Shown here: in pieces, positions 28,317 to 40,057 of the stretch
Layout of the letters: every line of letters starts with the position of its first letter
How positions within the stretch are numbered: the stretch's first letter is position 1
Assembly: GCA_051294375.1 (NCBI GenBank)
Contig: CM119264.1
Location: 30,818,091 to 30,882,090, forward strand
Direction of reading: 5' to 3'
Source of the DNA: Paraspadella gotoi
Taxonomy: Eukaryota > Animalia > Chaetognatha
Length of the DNA stretch: 64,000 bases
Notes under the pieces: model-generated
The model's database searches: none
What the model was told of the DNA's origin: nothing
What the model saw: only the letters and a program-made list of their open reading frames with translations
Made by a program: the position numbers and the translations under genes

Positions 28317-31300
28317 GGCCACCCTCCAATCACGGTCCCGATATGAGCCAATTTCGCGTCGTGTTCGTCGTAAACGGAAATTAATCCAAAATTTCTAACG
28401 TCGTTTTCTCCGATTTCTTCGCCGGCGAGAATTTGTTGGAATGTCCCGACCACGGCGCCTCTGTGATTGTGAATGGGAAAATTTGAACAGAAAACATTTA
28501 ACTTTATGTTGTTTAGATGACCATCTCTTTCCTGATAAAAATACTGACAATATAACCCTCCTTATACAAAATTCATAATTAAATCTATCCATGAAACATA
28601 CGGTTGTGTCCTTTTTCCAGGGATGAAATAAATTTTCTAATTTTACGTCCATTTTTTTATATAAATATAATATAATCATATAATTCTCAAAAAGTTTAAA
28701 CTTTCGAGCACTGTTGTTAAATTCTCAAGGGAATTGTTAAAACTTTAAAAAAGTCGTAGGCTTATGCTTAGGCTCATTATCAAATTCCTTTCAACATCAA
28801 ATCCCGTATTCCCTTTCAACATCAAATCCCGTATTCCTTTCAACATCAAACCCCATATTCCTTTCAACATCAAATTCCGTATTCCTTTCAACATCAAATT
28901 CCGTATTCCTTTCAACATCGAATCCCGTATTCCTTTCAACATCAAATCCCGTATTCCTTTCAACATCAACCTTAGTCCAGCCCTATAACTGGCAACGACT
29001 TCTTCGTCCGACATCGACAGCAACAACGCGTAGCCTCTTGCCGCAAAGACGAACTGTCCTGTCCTGTAGCACTCTGCCGCAAGCATCTGCAGCATGATCA
29101 ACGCCCCCTCGCCGGCCTTTTGGGAAGGTTGACGGGTCGTTGGAAGAGTGGGGGGTGTTTATGAGAACAATTTGGTGGTGGATGTTGTTGTTTACCACTA
29201 TAACGTTTACAAGCTTCCACTACCATGATGTAAATTGTACCTCTTTGGCTCCTTTAATAAATCATTGCAAGAGAAGTCTACTTTAAATTAGCCTATTTTT
29301 TCTTTCTCTCTCCCCTTTTACTCTTTCGCTATCTCCACATTCATATTTATTTATCTTTTTTTTTCTTTCTCTCTCTCTCTCTCCCACTCTCTTATCTCTA
29401 CCTGATGATTTGTGTAGATGGCCCAAGCCTTGTGCGGCTTCTTATTCATGATGTTGCATTTGAGCGCGAGACTCTTAAAGATGAAATTATCCCTCAACGT
29501 TTTGGACGAAATGTTGGAAAGAGATTCGTCCATTTCGCTCCAATCTCCAACAGCGGCCAGGCACTTGGGGGTAGGGGGTTATTGTAAAATATTGTAAGTT
29601 GCGTTAACCTTGGATTCTACTTAATACAAGTTTTTGATACTGTAAAATGTAAAATTCATAAATAAGATCGCCCATGACTTTGGACAGTCTATGGTGGTTT
29701 AGGGCCACCAACACTTTGTAGGATTTAATAAGATTTAATAAAATGAATCGGAATTAATTTATTAATATTTGATAAGGTTTAATCAGTTAAAATTTGATAA
29801 TTTGATATTTAGATGTTATCGTATATCGCAATTACTTGCGCGTAGTTCATGTTGAATGTGTCGTCCATCAGCATGTAAGGTTTGATGGATTTGAGATAAA
29901 CCAGCGCCTCTTCGTACATCCGGTTGAGGATGTAATAGGACGCCATGCATTGACGACCCAAGATTGTGTCTCGGTCGTTGGGAGATTCGCCAACGACTTT
30001 GAAGTTGGCTAAAGAGGAGGTTAGATCAATTAAGGGAAAGCCAGACACTTCGAATTAATTTACTACAACTTAAAATAACTTAAAAATTGTTTTACTAAGA
30101 GAAAGGGGAAACTTCGAGGAAGAGAGAAAAGATCAAAATTATTAGTTTAACTCAAAAATTTTAATTGAAGAACATATGTTTAATTTCTATAATTTCGTTC
30201 TCCGCTGTTTTACTTGTATTTAAAATATTTGTTTTTCATGCGATCAGACATTTACCATTGAATCAATTTTAAATCCCTTAATTGATAATTAGGTTAAAAC
30301 AAACTTTCGTTTACGAAACGATTCGACCCTATGTTCAATATTTAAAGCATTACACTGCATTTCGCCCTGTCTAGACGTCTTACATTTAGCCAAATCAATT
30401 AAATCGTCGTCTGCTCTTTCTTGACCCACGAAAGTGTAGACGCTCGCTTTGAGGACGTGTTCCGCCGAGGAGACTGTCTCCGTCGCCGCCAAACAAGATT
30501 GCGCCTCTGGAAAAAATTGAAAACGTCTCCCGATTCTGCCTTGATGCATGGCGGATGAGGGGTCGGTCGTACCTTTGACTTCGTTATTGCGCAGATGGTG
30601 GATGGCCAGATTGATCTTGGCTTCGGGGATGACGCCGACGAGCGGTTGGAGTGCCTTCATCGGACTCGCACCTTCGGCGAAGACGGCCTCGTTGTGCTGA
30701 ACCAATTCTCGGCCGAACTTCATGTGCTGCATGATGTTTGAGGGGGAAGGAAGTACAGGGAATTAATTATTATTATTATTATTATTATTGATACTGAAGA
30801 GACAGTAATTATTGTTATGAGTTAGTGATAAGAACCGTTCAATATAAGCAGTCCCTGAGCTTCGGATCAGGCTGTAACACCATGTTACAGGCGGGTTAAG
30901 CGCCCCGTCCCTCTTAACTGCCAGACGACCAACGGGCTAGAACCCCGGACCTTTGGGTTGGGAGGGGAATGACTTGCCTCCGGCACCAATGGCCGCTGAT
31001 GAACGGTTGGTGGGTTTTAGTCCACCATACATCCCCCCCTCCCGTAGGAAGATGTCTGTTGCGTCTCTTCAGTGAATTGTTGTTGTTGGTGGAAAGTGCG
31101 TCACCAAGTTGAGGCATGTCGCCTGATGTGTTGTGGGCGGAAAGTGCATCGCCAGGTTGAGGCATGTCGCCTGAAAGTGTTGTTGTTGCCGTTGTGTTCG
31201 GAAGTCGGGCTCACCAATGAAGAGACAGTAATTATTGTTATGAGTTAGTGATAGAACGTTCAATATAAGCAGTCCCTGAGCTTCGGATCAGGCTGTAACA

Positions 31301-34300
31301 CCATGTTACAGGCGGTGTTAAGCGCCCCGTCCCTCTTAACTGCCAGACGACCAACGGGCTAGAACCCCGGACCTTTGGGTTGGGAGGCGAATGACTTGCC
31401 TCCGGCACCAATGGCCGCTGATGAACGGTTGGTGGGTTTTAGTCCACCATAATACAATGATAGTAAATGAATATAGGTCTGAATGTCATAAACTCAAAAT
31501 GTATGTTGAAATCTAAGTCGCAATATCAAAATGTATATATAAATGTCAAAATGTATGACAGATTTAAAAATTTATGCTCAATGTCAAAATGCATGACAAA
31601 ATAAATGCCAGAATGTCGAAATGCATGTCGGGTCGACCTCCGGCATGGCGGCCTTGATGCCCGAAAGATGCTCCAGGGCGGAGATCTTGCTGAAGAGCTT
31701 GTGGTCGATGCAGGCCTTCAGGTTGTTGGCGACGACGGAATCCGGGAACTCTTTCAAATACTGGAGAGAGAGAGAGAGAGCGGGGGAGGGGGGAGAGAAA
31801 AAAAATACATCTCAAATTAAGTCGCAACTTTTCTTACTCAAAATTAAGTTAAGATTATAGTCAAACGTAAACGATAATTCCAGTTTTATAAAATTTGTGT
31901 GACGACTGACCGACTGTTGATCCAAAACTCAGACCCCAAAACTAATTAAAATGACCCATCGACCCCCAATTTTTCCCGCCAAACTCAATTAGACCTGCAT
32001 GACGTAACTCATCGCGGATTCGTTTTCGTCCATCTTGAACAAGCACATTCCCATGTAGATCTCGAGAGCGTGGAGCTTTTGCTTGCCCAGCGCCGACATG
32101 TAGATTTGCTTGTAAGAGTCGAGGGCTTTGTCGTAGTGTCCTCGGAGGTAGTGCATGGAAGCTTGGTTGGGGAAGTTGGTCATGATTAAATTATTTTAAA
32201 GCTTGGTTGGGGAAGTTGGTCATGATTAAATTATTTTAAAGCTTGGTTGGGGAAGTTGGTCATGATTAAATTATTTTAAAGCTTGGTTGGGGAAGTTGAT
32301 CATGATTAATGTTTTTCTGCATGAAAGAAATTAAGAAGCTAATCGATAAATCAGTTCTCTGGGTCGTTAACTTACCCCGCTTTGACCTCACTTTGACCTC
32401 ACTCACCGATCAGGTTCTCCTTTCACTTACCCAATGTGAGCTGATCCTCCAAATTGTCGGTGAGGTTCTTGTGAGCAGCGAAGAGATCTTTTTCGTCTCC
32501 TTTTTTGAAAGCGAGATGGAATTTGAGTCGGTTGCTAAGTGGATCCTGTCGACCTTCCTAAAAATGGAGACGAAATTTTGAAAGAGGAGAGTTGTAGTAT
32601 TATTTTTAAAGATAATCAGAGTTTGAATAACATTAAAAAATAAATGAAAAGGAATCGTTAAAATTTTATTAATTTTAAATATCTTTAAGGTCTTCTGCTT
32701 TGAGACGTCAAAACAACACTAAAGCGAAAAGATTCCTAGTAATTAAAGTTTCAATTAAATTTAAACATCAGAGGGATATTAAGCAAAACCGACCGACTGG
32801 ATATTATTTCTCTGCTCCTTTCTTCGTCCGCCTAAACACTTACCACTCACCCCAGTGCTCCTCTTCCCCCGCCTTTCATTAAATCCACCCATCCTTCACC
32901 CCAAATCTCTCCCCTTTAAATGCTGTTCCGCCTCTTCGTACATCCCCAGATATAAACAGCAACAAGCCATGAAGTTTTCCGTCGCTCCAGGATCTTGTAA
33001 CCACGAGGCGGTCGCCGCGGACGCCGCCGCCGCCGCCGTCGCCGCAGCCACGGCAGCCACGCCTCTTGCCACGGTCGTCTTCGTGGCCGCGCCCGACGGA
33101 GCGGCGTGAGGCGAGCTGGGTTTTATTTGGAGTTGAATCTCCTTCACTTGCTGGGAGAAAGAAAGGGGAAAGGCGACTTACCACCGGTGGTAAGTCGCCT
33201 CAAGTGCTGAGATCATCGTTTAAAAGATAAGAATAATACTACATTTGTTTGACCGTAACGCTTAGCCTCTCAAATGTCACTCATTCAGCCGCTGGACACA
33301 GTCACAAGTCACCGTCAATTGACACTCAATCAGTTATGATTTTATCATTCATGACAGACAACCAATCAGGCGTCACACTTTATTCATTAAACCATCAAGC
33401 GTTATCATTATGATTATCATTGAGTTGAACGCCTGATAGGGTCATCAGGCGTCACCCCATCATCCACCCTGTGATCAGGCGCTTTCAACCTTTAGCGTCT
33501 CCAAGGCCGCCTGATAATCTCCTGCGTGGAATTGACAATAAGCCGTCCACATTTCTATCTGCAACGGATCTGTCGGCGCCGAAGGAGTTCCGTCCGGCGT
33601 CGTAGGTTTGGATTTACCGGCGTCCGGCGTCTTGGCGTCGGTGGCGGAGGCTGCCGCTTCAGGCGCCGACCGGTTCTTCCTTTGAAAAGCCAAAACCGTG
33701 AGGGCGCCTGATTCGTTGGGGGAAAGAGAGAGAATAACGACTGTGGTGTTAATAATATAGAGTAGGATTGGTTATAAAAAGGCATTTATAAACTTAATAT
33801 TATTGTTTTAAAATGTTTTGGTTAATGTGATACGTTTTCGGTCACGGGACTAGAAAAGAAAATAATAAAGCAAAAAATATGGTGTTAAAATTGTTTCTTG
33901 TGTTTTTGTGCTTTTATTTAACATTTTTGCACAGAAACTTGAATAAAATCCCAAATTATGATTCGCCGCTGATTTTAGTCAAACCGCGTCTCAAATTAAA
34001 TAAATAGCTTAGCACTTAAAAACAGACTGTTTTGCATTCCACCATTCCATTTTCTGACTACAAGTCTAAGGGTTTAAACTCCCTACGCCAATTTATGAGT
34101 TGCGCAGTGACCGTCATAGACTAATCCAACCTTTTTTCTGTCAGGGGCGGTGAGAGGGGAGGACTCCCTCCCCTCAGGCAAGGGGCCCGGGCGCCAGGGG
34201 GGCCCGGGCGCCAGGGGGGCCCGGGCGCCAGGGGGGCCAGGGAGGGCCCCTGAGAAGAGAGAAAAAAAGATGAAAAAAAAGAGCGGTAATTTAAATGTGT

Positions 34301-35197
34301 TGCGAGGCAGTGACTGCTTTATCACGTATATTTTTCGTGACATAACATGACATGATATAAAATAATATGATTAAATGATTACAATAACTTTCTTAACCAA
34401 TGTATTTACGATACGCACTGTATCGGACCGACCGACCGACCGAAAAGTGACTTATAGAGTTGCCAGTGGGGGGCCCGCCATTTCTCTCGCCGCCCCGGAT
34501 TCCTGTAAATCCACTTTGACTTTCTCTCTCGTTTTCCTTTTTTAAATTTTCCATGAGAATTAATTTTCCCGTTGCCTAGGAACCGACGCATAAATCTAAA
34601 TCTTAAAAATAATCTAAATCTTCATTAAACTGGTTTTTCACGCCATAAACTTAAAAGGGGGGGAAATAAAAGGGGTCATTAAATTTAATTAATTAATTCT
34701 AAAAAAAGCTCCGTAAGTGAGTGGCGCTTTTATTTAAAAAGCAGCTTTAAAAAAAAAAACAAGTAGGTAATAATTTATTTGAATATTAAGAAAATATTAA
34801 GGAAATATAGTGATTTTTATTTATTAAAATGTTGGTTATACAACAAATTATAAGATAGTAACTATTTGTAATTTCTTCATTGGAGATCGGAGAGAGAGAG
34901 AATAGAGTTTTGGAATGGAAGCCACGCGTATTCGACATAAGGTTAGAAAACTGTGCTACGGTTTATAAATAGACCCGATACACGATGGAATCAAAAAGAG
35001 TCACGTCCTGTCTCATCCTGTCTCATCCTGTCTCACTCAGACCCATCCCAAATGCATAACCCAACCCATTTCCCCCACCTCGCCTTACCAGCGAAATCCC
35101 GGAGTCGAATAAAGTTTTCAAAATTCTTCAAATCTTTTTGGTTTCTCTTTACTTTTCCTTCTTCATCTTTCGGCTTCTTAGATTTGGACAACAGCAT
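28290..35197 (-). CDS. TTC26: Intraflagellar transport protein 56 / TTC26 (dyf-13), TPR protein. Exons: 35197-35089, 33707-33490, 33150-32914, 32557-32431, 32161-31995, 31760-31638, 30726-30573, 30506-30384, 30008-29836, 29563-29402, 29116-28971, 28460-~28290
   Basis: Spliced translation reproduces TTC26 motifs in order: MLLS...RDFAGALTVL, WTAYCQFHAGDY, ACCCLYLGMY, NRLKFHLA, EDQLTLASMHYLRGHY, PDSVVANNLKAC, VIPEAKINL, DTILGRQCMAS, FNMNYAQ, CNIMNKKPHKAW, ECYRTGQF, RGAVVGTFQ. Phases are consistent. Needs one GG donor and a probable 1-bp error in the last exon. Confidence 0.93.
28788..28970. repeat. 24-bp tandem repeat (ttcaacatcaaatcccgtattcct) starting at a TTC26 donor
   Basis: ~7 copies directly visible. 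Confidence 0.92.
30795..31451 (-). mobile_element. Non-autonomous miniature LTR retrotransposon (TRIM-like) in a TTC26 intron
   Basis: Two ~235-bp direct repeats (30795-31029, 31218-31451). On the minus strand, PBS TGGTGAGCCCGAC follows the 5' LTR and PPT GGGAGGGGGGG precedes the 3' LTR. Flanked by ATAC on both sides. Confidence 0.85.
32161..32308. repeat. 40-bp tandem repeat (3.7 copies) containing a TTC26 splice acceptor
   Basis: Unit starts at 32161, 32201, 32241 and 32281. Confidence 0.95.
33171..33200. repeat. Perfect 30-bp palindrome aggcgacttaccaccggtggtaagtcgcct
   Basis: Sequence equals its own reverse complement. Confidence 0.95.
34142..34498. mobile_element. hAT-like MITE in TTC26 intron 1
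   Basis: 15-bp TIRs (caggggcggtgagag / ctctcgccgccccgg, 13/15), internal gggcccgggcgcca repeats, and a degenerate 8-bp TSD ttttctgt/attcctgt. Confidence 0.7.
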
Positions 35198-35804
35198 CGT
35201 AGTTGTGGGGGGGTATAATGCCGGAAATGCCGAAGAAAGATACAATGCAGTACAATGCTCGGACAATCGGGAGTAGTGGGTGGAATTTCTTTTAATCCAT
35301 TTTAATCAATAATGAATCTTTAAGAGAAAAAAAAATTTTTCCGGCTAAAAGACGAAAATGAGGTGAAAATCTTTTTTCGATTTAAAATTTTTTCATGAAA
35401 TTTAATTGAGTAAATTTTAAATCGCTGATTAAAAAGAACTTTACAAATTCAAGCGGTGGTTATAGATTTTGACCAAATATCCTTTGGCTCAGGTCTAAAT
35501 TGGTTAAATTTTTTAAGTTATTGAGCGTGATGTTATAAAAATGTTTAAACATTCAAGTTTCAATTTATACCTTTAAAACTGTCTAATTTTCATCATGATT
35601 GCAAAAGGTTTTTAGTCTTGGGGGGGGGAACTGTACTATCCCACGCCAAATTTAAATATGATAATTTCTTGGTCGTATTCTCTCTCCCTTTGTTGTAAAC
35701 ATCAGCATATATTTCTTCTTTACAAACCCACATTAATTTCAACTTTGTACAACAAATGAGTGAGACACTAATTCACAGAAAACGGTGAACGGATTAAATT
35801 CCAG

Positions 35805-36337
35805 ATGCTAAAGACTCGGAAACAGATGCGTCGGGCGGAGTGACCCCGGTAGAAGCGGCTGCAGGGATGACAACGATGGCATTGACTGCGGAAGTGATGG
35901 CAACGATGACGCCAACGGCGGCAGATATGGCATCAATGACGCCGGAAGCAGCATATATGGCAAATATTACACCTGAAGGAGCAGATGTGGCAAGCATGGT
36001 GGTGGCCGCGGCAGAAATAACGCCGGCCGCGACAGAGCTGGGCGCAGCAGAGCTGGGCGCCGCAGCACCGCCCGTCGTTATCATGAACGAGATTGAATGG
36101 TGAGTCAAATGTAAATATAAACAAATGTAAACTCATATAAACAATATAACGATATCGAAGCCTTTCTCGGCAATCGCGTAGAATTGGAAATTTAATGGTA
36201 CAAAAGGGAAATATTGCTAAATATTGCTAAACATATTTCGTATTTGTTCCATTTTTAGTCGCGAAACAAAACGGGAAGAAATTTTCTCAGACGGCGAGCC
36301 TCTTTTCCTTCCCGTCGGATCTACCAAGGAAGAAAAT
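35805..36337 (+). CDS. Exons 35805-36099 and 36259-36337 of an unknown protein with ~10-aa Ala/Met/Thr repeats (MATMTPTAAD-like); further candidate exons at ~36496 and ~36589-36660
   Basis: AG/GT boundaries with matching phase 2; divergent from TTC26. Confidence 0.55.
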
Positions 36338-38095
36338 GTAATTGTGAAATGGGATTTTCCCTTTAGCTAAAAATGTCAGAATGTAATAAGAGTTATAAAG
36401 TCATAATGCATTTCCGCAGCCTTGTAGTTTTAACTCGCGTATGCAATTTATAGTAATAGACTAAATATTTATATTTCAATTTTTTATCTTTTTAGATAAA
36501 AGGAACGAGGATTTTAGGCTATATATGCAGCGGGATTTAATACTAAATATATTTAAATTAAACTAATGTTTTTCTTTCTTTTTTTCAAGTTGAATCGACT
36601 TTCGCCTTCCAATTCTCCGCTGAGTCGAAGGAAACACAAATCGCCTAAGAGCAAACTCAGGTCAGTTTAGATCCGAGTTGAAAATAGTTAACCTTTTATC
36701 TTAAGATGACATTTTTACAATCATTCGTTGATACTCGTTGATCCCTTTTGACCCCGATTGCTGAACGAGTATTTAGCTGTCCAAGCCAATGGGACGAGCT
36801 GAGTTTCACTAAGCTATACGGGAGGCGAATTTTAGGATTCGCTCCAGTTGACCATTTTTCATTTTTGGGTCCGATTTGACCTCTTGATCTCCATCTTTGA
36901 CATTAAACTATGACACTTTGACTCTTCCATAGTTTGACATTATGACCCTTTGACTTTTCCATAGTTTATACATCGTCGATCCCGTCTTAATATTAGATTA
37001 CATATAAAATAAATATTTGACCTCGAGTAATAAATCTCGTAACACGATTCTGATCGATATTCATGAACATTTTCTTCTTTTGCTTTGACCTGGTTTTGTT
37101 ATCGAAGTCGCCCTAGTTTCTCTCTTCCGTTTTTTATTGAAATGGTTTGGGGGTAGTGGGTAGTGAGGGGGGGTAAGGGGGAAGAGAAATGGGGGTTGAA
37201 TTGGGGGCGCGCAAGTGGTTTTCCCTTTTGGCAAAGAGTCAGTTTTTTTTTTCGCGTTGTCTGTTTTCGGTCAAAAGTCAGAAAACTCGTTCGTTCGATT
37301 TCGAATCTGAAGGATAATTTTTTTGGTAGTTAGTATTTAGTTCTATTTAGTTATAAGTTAATTTTGATTTAAAACAATGAAATAATTGATAAATCCGATT
37401 TTAATGTATATTGATATCTCTCGTTGAGGTTTTTGATGTCACTATCACTTATCAATTGATATTTCCTATCACATTCACTCTTTATCACACATGATTTATC
37501 AACTTCTCTGAAAAGCGACTCCATCCTGAAATTATTACAATAATCTCAGTTGAGGTCACAAAGTAAAGGGACACTATTTTTTGTATTGTAATTAAATAAT
37601 CAAATGATAAAATAGAATTAGCTAAAGTAGCGACGGAGAAAAACAAAACGATTTTTGATCAAATTAGTTTTTTTTTCGTTTTGCGTCGTAGATTTTCAGA
37701 CGGTGATCACAGATGGGTGATAACAGATAGATTACTAGTGTCATTACTGTTGAGCGAGGATAGATTAGGTGAGCAAAGTAATCATTGCTTATTGGTGATT
37801 CTAAGCATTACAACGAAAGCAAATTTATGCTACGATTGACCTTTATTTTTAATAAATGGCTATTGACTACTGGCCAATGGCTAGTGACTACTGGCCATTG
37901 ATAGGTGACGATTAATGGTTGGCTGCTTAGATTCATTAAAAATCCTAATTATAATTGATGTCTGATTGACGACTAATGAGTGGCTATGATTGATTGGCTG
38001 TTTGTGATTGGCTACTAATGAGTGATTACAAACGACGAGGCCCAGACTTTCCCCTCGACTTCCGATCCGTCGGTTCGCCAGAAGTGGGTGGAGCT

Positions 38096-38147
<52 letters not shown>

Positions 38148-38354
38148 TTTGCTTCGGCCAAAAAAATAAGTTTAAATCGTAGAAAATTTTCGCTCGATTA
38201 TTTGTAACCAAAAAAAGTATTAATTAACGTAAAGTTTAATACTTTTATTTTGTTTGGAGTCGAAAAATCACGTGTTTTTCTTCGCGTTTTCGGTCGTCGT
38301 CGTCGTCGTCGTCATTGTTGTTGTTGTCTTTGACTAGATCATCATAAGTTACAT

Positions 38355-38437
<83 letters not shown>

Positions 38438-40057
38438 TGATCCCTACTAAATTTTTCTCTCTTCACCATAAACTCGACTTGAAAAAAAAAATTAAAAAAA
38501 TTTTTTTAAATCGATCCCCAAATTTTTTTTCCCTTTTTTTTCTTTTCATTTCTACTTTTTTTTAAGTTTTTAAATTTTTAGTTAATTTTTTTTTCTTTTT
38601 CGTATTTTTCCTCATTTTTTTCCGAATTTCAACCAAGATCATCTATTTCGATTATAAATAGTTTTCGGTCTCGTTGCTGACCGACTGCTCTCTTGTTTAC
38701 GCGGCCTCGATTTCGTTTTTCTCCGTCAGATGTCGAACTCGTCGAATCGCCTTTTTTTTCTTTGCTACTATCGCCATCTTTGATGTTCTAAGCCGATCTT
38801 TATTATTTCCGCGTGAAGTAAACAAAATTATAAAGGAGCGAGCGAGCGTTTACAATTTTAAAAAAAATTTCCCCATTTTTATCTCTCTCTCTCTCTCTAT
38901 CTTGCACTTGTTACTTTAAAAAAAACGAAACGCTTCATCTTTTTTCCTTTCCATATCATTGACATCTTTTTTCGCGTTGTTACACTTTCCGTTGCAAATC
39001 AGTCTTTAATATTTTTTCATTTTTTTTTTGGTTTTTCTCATCTTTTACATCATAATCTTTGCAATATTTAGACTCTTACGATAATTTTTTCTCAATCCGA
39101 TACTACACTTTTTAAAATATCTTTTTCTCTATTTTCATTTAATAAAATTTGGACAATAAGTATTAAAAAAATGATCTTTTCAATAAAAAAAAGCCGTGTA
39201 TCGCATGACTCGCGACAGGTCATGACTGGTTATTAATTGCGTTTCTTTACTTCCAAATTACTTTTGCCCCTGAAGCAAATCAGAAAAACCTTCACTAATG
39301 GATTATACATTGGATTAAACATTGGATTAAACATTGGATTAAAAACTTCGTATTTTCCTGCGCGTTTTTTGCTTAAAACATAAAAAAAATTCATGAATTT
39401 TGAAATCGGGGGAAGAAATACGTCTAAGAAAAAACTGATTACAAATGGAAATAATTTGTTGCGCATTTTGTTGGAAAAAAGGCGTTTGAATCTGGGACAC
39501 GATGGGACTCAGGTGGGCGAGTTGATCCGCGGGTGGGTTTGGGTAAGGAAATAACATTGGGGAGGGGGAAGAGAGGGTAAATGGAAAAGAAATGGCAAAA
39601 TGAAAAAATTAAAATTAAAAGTTAAAAGGATTGCAATGAATATAATTTAAATTGTAATGACGGATTTGAAATAAAAGAGAATAAAAAAGGATGACTATTT
39701 TCTTTTTTATGCATATATTATGCAATATGCAATATAATATTATTTATATTATATAATATATATATAATATAATATGCAATACAAAATGTAATATACAATA
39801 AAAAATAATCTGAAGTTTTCTATTTTCCGTCGAAGATTAAATTACAATGATTGAAAACTTTGTCTTTATCAATCAAATTTATATCAGTATAAATAATATT
39901 TATTTTCTATCAGTCCTAATTACTGAGTTACTGGTAAAAAAACTAATCTGTCGTCGTAAATCAATAAATTCGAGAAACTTTCTACTGCGCACGCGCCGAG
40001 ATTTTTTTACCCTGGAGAAAAATCAAGAAACCGATGATGACCCCTTTTCTTATTTTT

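Noticed and set aside
30925-30996. Functional tRNA gene
   Set aside because: Anticodon stem does not pair, T-stem is short and A14 is missing; treated as a tRNA-derived module only.
30990-31030. Hammerhead ribozyme at CTGATGA
   Set aside because: No GAAA and stem III/cleavage triplet follow; not called as a feature.
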